Below are positions 34,227 through 43,751 of a stretch of DNA of 64,000 nucleotides, one piece after another. The DNA lies in NCBI GenBank assembly GCA_029258825.1, contig JAPDKA010000003.1:66065-130064 (forward strand). The letters are read 5' to 3'. Origin of the DNA: an archaeon. GTDB taxonomy: Archaea; Nanobdellota; Nanobdellia; Pacearchaeales; JAPDKA01. The position numbers and the translations under genes were made by a program. The number at the start of each line of letters is the position of its first letter. Position 1 is the first letter of the stretch. The notes beneath the pieces are model-generated. The model was not told the DNA's origin, did no database searches, and saw nothing but the letters and a program-made list of their open reading frames with translations.

Positions 34227-36395
34227 TTATATTTGTCCTTCTTTCAAACCTTTTCTTTCTCTAATTTGCTTGATTAATTTGTCTTGCAGTTCTTTTGGCA
34301 CTTGTTCAAACAGCTGATCAACAACGAAAAATGTTGCACGGCCTTCTGTTGCTGAACGCAAGTCATTGCTTAGACCAAACATCTCTGCTACAGGTATTTT
34401 TGCTTTAATACTCACATGCTCGCCTTCTTGATCCACATTGAGTAATTGTCCTCTTTTGCTTTGTATTATCTTGGTCATTTCTCCCATGAAACGCATTGGC
34501 CCTTCTATTTGAATGACTTGTACTGGTTCAAATAAAACAGGCTGAGCATCCATGATAGCATTTATTAGAGCTTCTCTCACAGCAGGAATAACTTGGGATG
34601 GACCTCTATGAATAGCATCCTCATGCAGTTTACAGTCCATCAAGCTAACCTTGAGTTTCATACAAGGTTCTCTGGCAAGAGCACCAGCATCGACGATTTG
34701 CTCGAATGCTTGCATAACTAGTTCGATAACTTCACCTATGTGCACAATACCCCTTGTTTTATCAAGGAAAACACAATCTTTGTAAATCTCTCTGTACTGT
34801 CTTGCTTCTTCATTGCTTACACCAAGTTCTGCCAGTTTTTTCCACAATTCTTCATTTTTCTTCTTGATTTTTCCTTCTGGTATTTCACCAGATTTAATTG
34901 CTTTATACACTGCATCTTCAAGAGGTTCAACCTTTAACCAGAAAATATTATGCTTGTTAGGGCTTCTACCCTCGAACACTCTCGACGGTTTTAGTACAGT
35001 TTCACGATAAACAACAATCGGCTTACTTGCTATAACATCAACACCTTTTTCAGTTTTTATTCTGTTAGTTATAACTTCAAGGTGCAATTCACCCATACCG
35101 CTTAGCAAGTGCTGGCCAGTTTCCTCATTAATTTCTACTTTTACTGTTGGGTCTTCTTTTGCAACAACACGCAATACTTCTATAAGCTTTGGTAAATCAA
35201 CTGGTCTCTTTGCTTCAATGCTGCAAGTAACGACTGGCTCAAAAATGTGTTTTATCGCTTCAAATGGCTCAATAGGTTTACTACTTACAGTTTCACCAGC
35301 AAAAACATCTGTAAGGCCAACAATACCAATTATATTGCCAGCAGGAACTTCATCAATAACAAGTCTTTGCGGACCTTTGTAAACATTCACCTGCTGTACT
35401 TTCACCCATCTTTTAGCTTGGTTTAAGTAAAGCTCTTGACCTTTTTTTACAGTACCGCTAAATAATCTACCACCAGCAACTTCACCAGCATGTTTATCAT
35501 AAACAATTTTTGTCGGCACAAATACAACAGGACCGTTAGGATCACAATTAAGCAGTGCTTTTCCTTCTTCACTATCCAAATCACCGTGCCACAATCGAGG
35601 AATACGGTATTTTTGCGCTTCAACAGGATTTGGCAAATGCTTAACAACCATATCAAGAACTGCAACATAAAGCGGAACTGTTTTTGCAAGCTCGTCAACT
35701 TTATTTTGCTCGTATGCTTTAATTACATCGGCAAATGTTATGTTTTTCTTTTGCATTACAGGAAAGCTTAAGGCCCACCTGTCTTTTGCAGAACCAAACG
35801 CAACACTACCATTTTTAACATCCACTTTCCATGCCTGTTTGAATTGTTCAGGCGCTACAGTTTCTATAAATTTGTTTATATCAGAAATAATCTTTGCCAG
35901 TCTTTGCTGCATTTCTTGTGGTGTTAACTTCAACTCTTTTATGAGTCTATCAACCTTGTTAATAAATAAAACAGGCTTAACATATTCCCTAAGCGCTTGT
36001 TTTAGCACAGTTTCTGTTTGAGGCATCATGCCTTCAGCAGCATCAACAAGCACTACAGCACCATCGCACGCACGCATCGCTCTTGTTACTTCACCACCAA
36101 AATCAACGTGTCCTGGCGTATCTATAAGATTAATTAAATAATCTTTACCATCAACATTGTGGACCATATTAACATTAGCAGAATCAATAGTAATTCCTCT
36201 TTGCTTCTCATCTTCGTGAAAATCCATAACAAGAAGTTTGCCTGCAAGTTCTTCACTTATCATTCCAGCACCAGCCAGCAAAGAATCAGTCATAGTTGTT
36301 TTTCCATGATCGATATGGGCCGCTATACCGATGTTGCGTATTCTTTCTGGTTTAAGCATAAGTTCTTTAATTTTTGCTATCTTGTCCTCGGCCAT
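34227..36395 (-). CDS. fusA: elongation factor 2 (aEF-2)
   Basis: G-domain NIGIAAHIDHGKTT, DTPGHVDF, NKVDR, and full-length five-domain EF-2 architecture (722 aa). Confidence 0.95.
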   Translation of the reverse strand: MAEDKIAKIKELMLKPERIRNIGIAAHIDHGKTTMTDSLLAGAGMISEELAGKLLVMDFHEDEKQRGITIDSANVNMVHNVDGKDYLINLIDTPGHVDFGGEVTRAMRACDGAVVLVDAAEGMMPQTETVLKQALREYVKPVLFINKVDRLIKELKLTPQEMQQRLAKIISDINKFIETVAPEQFKQAWKVDVKNGSVAFGSAKDRWALSFPVMQKKNITFADVIKAYEQNKVDELAKTVPLYVAVLDMVVKHLPNPVEAQKYRIPRLWHGDLDSEEGKALLNCDPNGPVVFVPTKIVYDKHAGEVAGGRLFSGTVKKGQELYLNQAKRWVKVQQVNVYKGPQRLVIDEVPAGNIIGIVGLTDVFAGETVSSKPIEPFEAIKHIFEPVVTCSIEAKRPVDLPKLIEVLRVVAKEDPTVKVEINEETGQHLLSGMGELHLEVITNRIKTEKGVDVIASKPIVVYRETVLKPSRVFEGRSPNKHNIFWLKVEPLEDAVYKAIKSGEIPEGKIKKKNEELWKKLAELGVSNEEARQYREIYKDCVFLDKTRGIVHIGEVIELVMQAFEQIVDAGALAREPCMKLKVSLMDCKLHEDAIHRGPSQVIPAVREALINAIMDAQPVLFEPVQVIQIEGPMRFMGEMTKIIQSKRGQLLNVDQEGEHVSIKAKIPVAEMFGLSNDLRSATEGRATFFVVDQLFEQVPKELQDKLIKQIRERKGLKEGQI

Positions 36396-36473
36396 GTTAA
36401 ATTTGTTCTAGCATGCTTTTTAAATCTTTTGTCATAAAGCAAGCACAAAAACAACAAGCCCAACACAAAGCAA

Positions 36474-37490
36474 TTAAATTAGCAATAACGCAAGCATTAA
36501 GCCAGATAAACAACCAACAGTGATCGGAGGCATAGCAGGATATGGTTTATCATCACTAAACAACATGAGCAGCAATAAAGCAAGAGTTGAGCATAAAGTA
36601 ACAATCAACGCATATAACCAACCAAAATAAACTAAAACCACAGAGGCAAACATTAAGCTGAATGCGAGATCACCTCCGCCAAGAATTGCAACAGCAACCT
36701 TAAGTTTTTTTTGCTTTGCTTTCTTTTTTATGCGCGCTAAGTATTTTGATTTTAGTAATTGTAATTGCTTTTTACTCAAATAAGGAATCAATAATCCTGC
36801 AATAATGCCTAGTTTCTGTATTTGAAATTTTGCCATCTCAACCATATGGCCTGTTTTAAATACAGCTATCACATCATAAAGCGAAATGAGCAACAATAAA
36901 GCAATGATTATTTGCAGGTTTAGTAATGGTAAAAAAATCACTGCAATGCCGGCATAAACAAACAACTCACTAAGATTATGCGCTATAATATCACGTTTAA
37001 ATACTTTAAGGTATGTGAAAAATAAAGCAAGTAAAACGCCTAATAATTCTGCAAGATTAGTAAAAGCAAAGCTAAAGCGTGAAAGTAGCGGGTAAAGCAA
37101 TAAACTAAAACTTATTGTTAACGCGATAAATATTACAAAAGCAAACCAAAGTTTAATTGCTTTTAGGCTTTTTATTCTTGTAAAAAATAAAAAAATGATT
37201 GTAGCAATAACAATAGCCATAATAAGGTTAGTAAGCAAAACCAAAGCATCAATCGTTTGTTTTATTTCAACTTTTTCTGGAACAAGTTGACTGATCAGAG
37301 TTAGGTTTTGCTTTTGTGAAATCTGACTTGGTTGGGTTATCTGCTTTAATGTTTTATTTTCAAACACTGGAAAAAAAGTCACAGGAGTAGCAAAATATTT
37401 TTGGTAATTTGCAACAACAAATAAGCCTATAATATGGGTTAGAAGAAACATGCACAACAACAAAGCAACAATCTTTGGTGTGTGTTTCAT
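36474..37490 (-). CDS. presenilin/signal-peptide-peptidase-like (A22 family) intramembrane aspartyl protease
   Basis: Polytopic protein with a YD motif (LYDVIAVFKTG), a GxGD motif (AILGGGDLAF) and a PAL-like motif (YPAMPPI) in the canonical order. Confidence 0.55.
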   Translation of the reverse strand: MKHTPKIVALLLCMFLLTHIIGLFVVANYQKYFATPVTFFPVFENKTLKQITQPSQISQKQNLTLISQLVPEKVEIKQTIDALVLLTNLIMAIVIATIIFLFFTRIKSLKAIKLWFAFVIFIALTISFSLLLYPLLSRFSFAFTNLAELLGVLLALFFTYLKVFKRDIIAHNLSELFVYAGIAVIFLPLLNLQIIIALLLLISLYDVIAVFKTGHMVEMAKFQIQKLGIIAGLLIPYLSKKQLQLLKSKYLARIKKKAKQKKLKVAVAILGGGDLAFSLMFASVVLVYFGWLYALIVTLCSTLALLLLMLFSDDKPYPAMPPITVGCLSGLMLALLLI

Positions 37491-37521
37491 TTTATTATAA
37501 AATTTATTTATTATAATTTAC

Positions 37522-38481
37522 CTATAATTTTGATTGTAAATGTTTTATTCTTGTCCGCACATCAGCAATTTTTGATTTTATCTTTTTTAACTCTTCTTGT
37601 AAAACACCGTTTTGAGTGTATTGTCTATACCATGCTTTATAAAGTTGTCTCCCCTTTTCTGTTTTTGTCCATCCTGCCCTTGTTGCTTCTGCATGTAGTT
37701 TAGCTGCTTTTTTGTAGCCCTCCTGCAATTTTTTGTAAGTTTCTCTATACAATTCAGCAAGTTGTTTCAGTTCTCTTTGTAAATTCGCAAGACCAATGCG
37801 CCTTGCTAAAGCTAAAGCTCTTTTTGTGTCTGCTGGTGGAAAAGGTTTAGAAGGTTGAGGTCCAACAGGCTGTTTTACAGGTAATTTTGGCTCTCGTATA
37901 GGGTTTGGCAAAGTAAACATTTTCCGAATAAGTAAAAATAATAACCAAAAAACTAAAAGCAAAATAAATATAAAAAGCAAGGATAGAGAAATAGATTTGA
38001 CAACATCACAGATCGAAACATAAGGTGGACAAACAAAAAAAGCTGCAAATAAACCAAGTAATGCCAGCACAAACAACACTACAAGAAAAAGCTTTCCACC
38101 AAATCTGAATATAAGACTAAAAATCCAAGCGATAACTAAGATAATCATACCAATAACTACATACTTATTAGTGAGAATGTTTCCATAAGCATAGATTATA
38201 CTAAAAGAAGCGATTAATGCTATTGCCAGACTTGCGATTACTGCACTAGCATAAGGTTTTATAAATTTGTTTAATGCAAATAATATGAAAAGAAAAAAGA
38301 TCACAAACAAAAGTGTAGCATTAAACCACTCGTTATTAACAATGTTTCTAAAGCTAAAATAAGAATAACTTGGGGCTGCACCCACATATAAAGCCCTTGA
38401 TAGAGGCAAATAAAAGATAAACATAGATAAACAAAATATAAAAAAAACAAGTTTTAGTTTGTTTTTTGATATTTTTTTCAT
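37522..38481 (-). CDS. hypothetical membrane protein with a cytoplasmic coiled-coil tail
   Basis: Multiple TM helices are followed by a helical Arg/Lys-rich C-terminal region. Confidence 0.45.
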   Translation of the reverse strand: MKKISKNKLKLVFFIFCLSMFIFYLPLSRALYVGAAPSYSYFSFRNIVNNEWFNATLLFVIFFLFILFALNKFIKPYASAVIASLAIALIASFSIIYAYGNILTNKYVVIGMIILVIAWIFSLIFRFGGKLFLVVLFVLALLGLFAAFFVCPPYVSICDVVKSISLSLLFIFILLLVFWLLFLLIRKMFTLPNPIREPKLPVKQPVGPQPSKPFPPADTKRALALARRIGLANLQRELKQLAELYRETYKKLQEGYKKAAKLHAEATRAGWTKTEKGRQLYKAWYRQYTQNGVLQEELKKIKSKIADVRTRIKHLQSKL

Positions 38482-38591
38482 CCCTCTTTTTTAACTTTTA
38501 ATTGGTTGTATTTGGTTTGTTGTCTTGACTAGATTTCTTTATTTATAAACAACAAGTATTAAAAACTTTTCCAAACATTAAAGATTCTGTG

Positions 38592-39245
38592 TTAACTTTT
38601 ATTTTTAACACCTATTGCTTTCGGAATAACCATTAAACCTTCTCGTTTGTCACCTATGCATTTTGCTTTTCCTTCTACATAAAGTTTAGCCAACCATGCA
38701 CATGTTATAGCATCAAGCTCGTCGTGTGTTGCCGTAACTTTAATATTATTTATGCCAAGTTTTGTTAATGCTTCTCTCAATTTTTTTATGCCGTGCTGTT
38801 TTCTAGGAATGTTCAGCAGGTCTTGCACTGCACCAGGATAAGTCTCGATAACATTAAAGCCCATTCTCGTTAGTGATTGCTTTAATTTTATTCCGCGCAG
38901 CGTTAATTTTCTCATTGGACCTAGTGTTATAGGAAAAAACCTAATACCAAGTTTTCTCAACATTAAATCACACTTTCTAAAATGCCCCTTACTTTTTTCT
39001 TTCTTGCTTAAACTAGTTCTGCCATAAGGTAAACTTAAAGGTGCATCTATTGCTATAACAAGCACTTTTGCTTTTCTTGCAATTCTTTTGCATGCATTAA
39101 CAATATCACGAAACAAAAATAAATTTGACGTTTCAACTTTGTTGTTGTGTAACCACAAAACACAAAACCCTGTTCTACGTTTTTGACTTCCGGCAAGATC
39201 TATGCCTATTACGCATCGCTTTTTAGCTTTGACTGTCTTGACCAT
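38592..39245 (-). CDS. DUF429 family protein (predicted RNase-H-fold nuclease)
   Basis: CVIGIDLAGSQKRRTG...VIAIDAPLSLPYG...THDELDAITCAWLA match the DUF429 motifs. The start is taken at MVKTVKAKK, so the gene is divergent from trpS. Confidence 0.5.
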   Translation of the reverse strand: MVKTVKAKKRCVIGIDLAGSQKRRTGFCVLWLHNNKVETSNLFLFRDIVNACKRIARKAKVLVIAIDAPLSLPYGRTSLSKKEKSKGHFRKCDLMLRKLGIRFFPITLGPMRKLTLRGIKLKQSLTRMGFNVIETYPGAVQDLLNIPRKQHGIKKLREALTKLGINNIKVTATHDELDAITCAWLAKLYVEGKAKCIGDKREGLMVIPKAIGVKNKS

Positions 39246-39303
39246 TTCTTCCATAACATCATAATAACACAAACTTTTAAAATGATTATGCATAAAACAT
39301 AAC

Positions 39304-40428
39304 ATGCAAGTTACGCCATGGAAGGTCGAGCTTGAAAGTTTTAGCGATAAAACATACAGCAAGCTTGCCAAACAATTCGGTGTAAAGTTAATTGATGAAG
39401 AATTGCTAGAGAGGATAAAAAAACATACAAAAGATTTGCACTTTATGTTAACACGTAGGGTTTTTTTCGCTCATCGTGATCTTGATTGGGTTATTGCAAA
39501 ATATGAGCAGAAAGAAAAATTTTTCCTGTATACAGGACGTGCCCCAAGCGGGCCAGTGCATTTAGGGCATTTAATGCCTTGGCTATTAACAAAGTGGTTG
39601 CAAGACAAGTTTGATGTTGAACTATGGTTCCAGTTTCCAGATGAAGAGAAATTTCTATTTAAAAAAGAATTAACACTTAAAGATACAGAAAAGTGGACAT
39701 ATGAAAATATGCTAGATGTAGTCGCGCTTGGTTTCAAAAAAGGAAAAACACACTTTTTAATTGATACAAAGCATGCCGGCATTATGTATAAGCATGCAGT
39801 AAGAGTATCCAAAAGAATAACATTTTCTACAGCTAAAGCTGTATTTGGTTTTACGCACGAGACAAATATTGGAGCAATATTTTACACTGCAATGCAAGCT
39901 GTTCCAGCATTTTTGCCTAGTGTATTAAAAGGCAAAAACATTCCTTGCTTGATTCCTCTTGGCTTAGACCAAGACCCACATTTTAGAGTTGCAAGAGATG
40001 TACTGCCTAAGTTAGGCTATTATAAGCCAGCAATAATGCATTGCAAGTTTTTACCTGCACTAACTGGACAGAGTAAAATGTCGGCATCAAATGCTGTTAC
40101 AGCAATTTATACAACAGACAGTCCTGAAGAAGTGGAAAGAAAAATAATGAAGCATGCGTTTTCTGGAGGGCAACCAACAGTTGAAGAGCATAGAAAAAAA
40201 GGTGGCAATCCTGACATTGATGTTAGTTTCCAATGGCTTTACATGATGTTCGAACCGGACAATAAAAAAATTAGTGAGATTTACCATGCTTATAAAACAG
40301 GAGCAATGCTAACATCTGAATTAAAGCACTATTTAATCGATAAGGTCAATGCTTTCTTAAAAAAACATCAAAAGGCAAGAGAAAAAGCGCGAAAGATAGT
40401 GCACAAATATATTTTGGAAGTTGACTAA
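39304..40428 (+). CDS. trpS: tryptophanyl-tRNA synthetase (archaeal/eukaryotic type)
   Basis: Class I HIGH region (TGRAPSGPVHLGHLMPW) and a KMSAS (KMSKS-like) motif, 374 aa. Confidence 0.85.
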   Translation: MQVTPWKVELESFSDKTYSKLAKQFGVKLIDEELLERIKKHTKDLHFMLTRRVFFAHRDLDWVIAKYEQKEKFFLYTGRAPSGPVHLGHLMPWLLTKWLQDKFDVELWFQFPDEEKFLFKKELTLKDTEKWTYENMLDVVALGFKKGKTHFLIDTKHAGIMYKHAVRVSKRITFSTAKAVFGFTHETNIGAIFYTAMQAVPAFLPSVLKGKNIPCLIPLGLDQDPHFRVARDVLPKLGYYKPAIMHCKFLPALTGQSKMSASNAVTAIYTTDSPEEVERKIMKHAFSGGQPTVEEHRKKGGNPDIDVSFQWLYMMFEPDNKKISEIYHAYKTGAMLTSELKHYLIDKVNAFLKKHQKAREKARKIVHKYILEVD

Positions 40429-40447
40429 ACTCTAAAGTGATAAAAAC

Positions 40448-40463
40448 CGAAAGGTTTAAAAAG
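40448..40463 (+). promoter_or_regulatory. BRE/TATA promoter element (ACCGAAAGGTTTAAAAA) upstream of the TrmB gene
   Basis: A purine-rich BRE (CGAAA) is followed immediately by TTTAAAAA, about 55 bp before the ATG. The same oriented motif recurs at 12855-12876(-), 18449-18470(-), 25607-25630(+) and 56728-56750(-). Confidence 0.5.
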
Positions 40464-40518
40464 GGCAAAAACATTATTCTTTAGTGATAAAAATTGAATT
40501 AAATTGTAAAAACAAAAA

Positions 40519-41316
40519 ATGAAAAAAACAAGCACAGTGTTTGATGAAAACCTAATTAATAAGGTTCGTGCCCAGTTTGGCTTGAATGTTTATGAAACTA
40601 AAGTGTGGCTTTCATTACTTGCTAAAGGACAAGCAACAATAGGTGAAATAGCCGAAATAAGCGGCGTGCCTAGAAGCAGAATATATGATGTTCTTGAAAG
40701 TTTGGAAAAAGAAGGATTTGTTGTTGCTCATCTAGGAAAGCCTATGAAGTACATGGCAATCAAGCCAGAATTGGTTATAGAAAGGTTAAAAACAAAAGTA
40801 CTAAAAAAAGCTGAAGAAAAGGCAAAAATATTAAACAAGGTTAAAGAAACAGCAGAATATAAACAACTTGAATTGTTACATAAACAAGGAATAAAACCAG
40901 TACAACCTGAAGAGATTGCTGTTTCTATTAAAGGAAGGCTTAATATTTATACTCAACTTAAACAAATTATGGGCAATGCTAAAAAGGAAGTGGTGCTTGT
41001 AACAAACATAAATGCATTAAAAAGAAAGGCAAGGCACTTAAAGCAGGTGCTGCCTAAACTAAAAAAACAAAAAGTATCAATCGTACTCGCTGCAAGTGGT
41101 GAGCCAGAAGAAAAAACAAATATTTCTGAACAACTCGGTGTAAAGGTAAGAAAAATAAACCTCGATGCGAGATTTTGTGTTGTAGATGGTAAAGAAGCCT
41201 TAATAATAACAACACCGTTTTCAAAGCAAAACGAAGACATTGCAATACATATAAAAAGCGAATTCGTAGCTAGAGCATTACTTAATTTATTTAAAAATAC
41301 ACTAAAAAACGAATAA
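40519..41316 (+). CDS. TrmB family transcriptional regulator
   Basis: N-terminal wHTH (YETKVWLSLLAKGQATIGEIAEISGVPRSRIYDVLESLEKEGFVV) plus a C-terminal TrmB-like domain. Confidence 0.8.
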   Translation: MKKTSTVFDENLINKVRAQFGLNVYETKVWLSLLAKGQATIGEIAEISGVPRSRIYDVLESLEKEGFVVAHLGKPMKYMAIKPELVIERLKTKVLKKAEEKAKILNKVKETAEYKQLELLHKQGIKPVQPEEIAVSIKGRLNIYTQLKQIMGNAKKEVVLVTNINALKRKARHLKQVLPKLKKQKVSIVLAASGEPEEKTNISEQLGVKVRKINLDARFCVVDGKEALIITTPFSKQNEDIAIHIKSEFVARALLNLFKNTLKNE

Positions 41317-41376
41317 CCAGCGAATTCGTTTTTTACAAAATATTTAACGCACTACAATTAAGTTTTTAATATATTA

Positions 41377-42129
41377 ATGCCTGCTAGTTACATGCTGTAC
41401 CAACACGCTAAGGAACTTCTCAATGTGTTAGCTAAGTTAAAAGCTTTGAATGAAAAAATAAAAAACAAAAGAATTTTGCAGAACGATTTTGAAAAACACC
41501 AGCAAGAGTATTATGAGAGAGTTATCAATGCAAAAATAAAAATAATAACGAATGCGATTGAAGAAGTAAAAAGAGTATCAAAAAGAAAAGCAGATGAATT
41601 AAGTGAGTATACAGCAAGACTGAAGCAAGAGTTAAACAAGCAAGAATTAGAAAAAGCGATAATAACTGCTGAACAATTGGTTGATGTTTGTTTTGCATTA
41701 AAAGAAAGCATGCCTAAACAACAACACTATAGATTCGCGTTAAATGTACAACTTCCTGAAGCGATAAAGCACGAGCTTCTCGCAGATCTCGAAGAGATAA
41801 AAAAATGTTTTGCTAATCAATGCTACAGAAGTTGTGTCATTATGGCAGGCCGTATGTTAGAAACAGCATTACATAGAAAGTATTATGAGATTACTGGTAA
41901 CGATTTATTGGAAAAAGCGCCAGGCATAGGATTAGGCAATCTTGTTGCAAGACTTGCTGAGCTGAAAGTAAAGCTTGATCCTGCAATAATGCAACAAATC
42001 CATTTAATAAACCAAGTCAGAATTTTTTCAGTACATAAAAAAAGGCAACCATTCAAACCAAGTAAAGAACAAACCTTAGCAATAATACTTTATACTCTTG
42101 ACATAATAAAAAAGTTATTTGAAAAATAA
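41377..42129 (+). CDS. DUF4145/HEPN-like domain protein (C-terminal), N-terminal coiled coil
   Basis: C-terminal CYRSCVIMAGRMLETALHRKYYEI ... LGNLVARLAELKVKLDPAIMQQIHLINQVRIFSVH matches the DUF4145 pattern, including an Rx4H HEPN-type motif. Confidence 0.5.
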   Translation: MPASYMLYQHAKELLNVLAKLKALNEKIKNKRILQNDFEKHQQEYYERVINAKIKIITNAIEEVKRVSKRKADELSEYTARLKQELNKQELEKAIITAEQLVDVCFALKESMPKQQHYRFALNVQLPEAIKHELLADLEEIKKCFANQCYRSCVIMAGRMLETALHRKYYEITGNDLLEKAPGIGLGNLVARLAELKVKLDPAIMQQIHLINQVRIFSVHKKRQPFKPSKEQTLAIILYTLDIIKKLFEK

Positions 42130-42235
42130 TTACTAAGATTAGGACTAATTGTAAATTTTGTGTAGTACTTCTAAAGTGATTAAACGAAAGATTTATAAAG
42201 ATCTCAAAAAGTATTAAAAGATTAAAACAAACAAA

Positions 42236-43720
42236 ATGGGAAAGAAGAAAACACGGTCAAAAAAAGAAAATAAAGAAAAGAAACTCGAACGATTGATAAA
42301 GAAATGTGTTGATTTAAAAAACGGAAATCGTGTAAGACAGATAGTAAGGATTGTAACGAAGGCTTATGAGAAAAATCCTGAAAAATTAAGAAAGTATTTT
42401 AACCACAGAAACGAATTAATAGCAGGAATTGCTACATCGGCATACTATTCTTTAACAGGAAATATTAAGCCAATCCGAAACATCGAGTATGGAGGGTTAG
42501 GAGCAATAATAGAAGAGAGTAAAGAAGGATTAAAGTTTGAAAGAAAGCAGTTGTGGTTTGCAAAATTGAGTGGAGAAGCATTAAAAAGATCTAAAAATTC
42601 TGGAAAAGCATTATGGTATTCAGAAAATTCGGGAAGGGCTTTAGAATTGTCAGTAAATTGTGGACAAGCTTTACGGTATTCTAAGAATTTTGGAGGGGCA
42701 TTAAACCATTCTAAAAATTCGGAACAAGCTTTATGGTACTCTATAAACTATGAAGGGGCGTTGGATCGTTCTGAGAATTGTGGTAGAGCACTAAAAGAAT
42801 CTAGAAATTCCGGGTATGCATTATGGTATTCTAAGAATTATGGTAAAGCACTGGAAAATTCTAAAAATTTGGAAGAGGCATTAAAGAACTCTAAAAATTT
42901 TGAGCAGGCATTACGGAATTCTGAGAATTCAGGAGAGGCGTTACAGAGTTCTATGAATTCTGGGCAAGCATTACAGTATTCTAGGAATTTGGGAGAAGCC
43001 TTAAAATATTCTAGAAATTGTGGAGAAGCCCTCTACGGTTCAGACAATTGGGACGAAGCGTTACAGAATTCTGAGAATTGGGGAAGGGCGTTACAGAGTT
43101 CCGATAATTGGGGAAAGGCGTTACAGAATTCAGAAAATTCTGGGCAAGCATTATGGTATTCTGGGAACCAACGAGAAGCGTTACAAGGTTCTAGAAATTC
43201 GGAATCTGCCCTAAGGTATTCTATAAATGTGGGGTCAGCATTACAAAATTCTAAGAATTCTGGGCAAGCATTATGGTATTCTAGGAATTTCAATCATGCA
43301 TTACAGTTCTCAGAGAACTCGGACGAATCTTTACATTATTCTGAAAATGTTGGGGTGGTATTAAGGTATTCAAAAAACTTCGGAAAGACACTACACCACT
43401 CTAGGAATAGTGAACGTGCACTTCAATATTCTAAAAATCTAGAAGAAGCATTACAGGATTCTGAGAATCGAGAAAAAGCATTGCAATATTCTGAGAATTC
43501 AGGAAAAACTTTACAGCATTCTAAAAACTATGGGGAGGCCTTACAACATTCCAAAAACTCAGAATATGCTCTATGGTATTCTAAAAATTGTGAAGATGCA
43601 TTAAAATATTCTAAGAATTCAGGACAAGCATTAAAACACTCTCAAAATTCAGAAAATGCCTTAAAAAAATCTAAAAATTCTGTTAGAGTGTTATGGTATA
43701 TAAAAAGAGGAATAAGGTAA
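42236..43720 (+). CDS. tandem decapeptide-repeat protein (about 38 copies of ALxYSxNSGx) with a roughly 100-aa non-repeat N-terminal domain
   Basis: One continuous ORF. The repeat consensus is A-L-[QWK]-[YN]-S-[KE]-N-S-G-[QE], encoded by near-identical 30-bp DNA repeats. Composition is atypical. Confidence 0.7.
   Translation: MGKKKTRSKKENKEKKLERLIKKCVDLKNGNRVRQIVRIVTKAYEKNPEKLRKYFNHRNELIAGIATSAYYSLTGNIKPIRNIEYGGLGAIIEESKEGLKFERKQLWFAKLSGEALKRSKNSGKALWYSENSGRALELSVNCGQALRYSKNFGGALNHSKNSEQALWYSINYEGALDRSENCGRALKESRNSGYALWYSKNYGKALENSKNLEEALKNSKNFEQALRNSENSGEALQSSMNSGQALQYSRNLGEALKYSRNCGEALYGSDNWDEALQNSENWGRALQSSDNWGKALQNSENSGQALWYSGNQREALQGSRNSESALRYSINVGSALQNSKNSGQALWYSRNFNHALQFSENSDESLHYSENVGVVLRYSKNFGKTLHHSRNSERALQYSKNLEEALQDSENREKALQYSENSGKTLQHSKNYGEALQHSKNSEYALWYSKNCEDALKYSKNSGQALKHSQNSENALKKSKNSVRVLWYIKRGIR
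42548..43690 (+). repeat. 30-bp tandem DNA repeat array (coding), about 38 units
   Basis: Period-30 repeats (consensus about GCATTACAGAATTCTGAGAATTCTGGGCAA) visible across the whole span. They lie inside the CDS 42236-43720. Confidence 0.85.
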
Positions 43721-43751
43721 GTGTTACTAAAGGTTAGATTTAATTAGGGTG

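Noticed and set aside
43033-43293. 86-aa minus-strand ORF inside the repeat gene
   Set aside because: It is an antisense frame of the 30-bp repeat array. Its own repetitive sequence (EFCNA...) is only a mirror of the sense repeats.
42548-43690. Regular 30-bp repeats considered as a possible CRISPR array
   Set aside because: The repeats are contiguous with no spacers and form one uninterrupted protein-coding frame. There are no cas genes nearby. This is a coding tandem repeat, not a CRISPR array.
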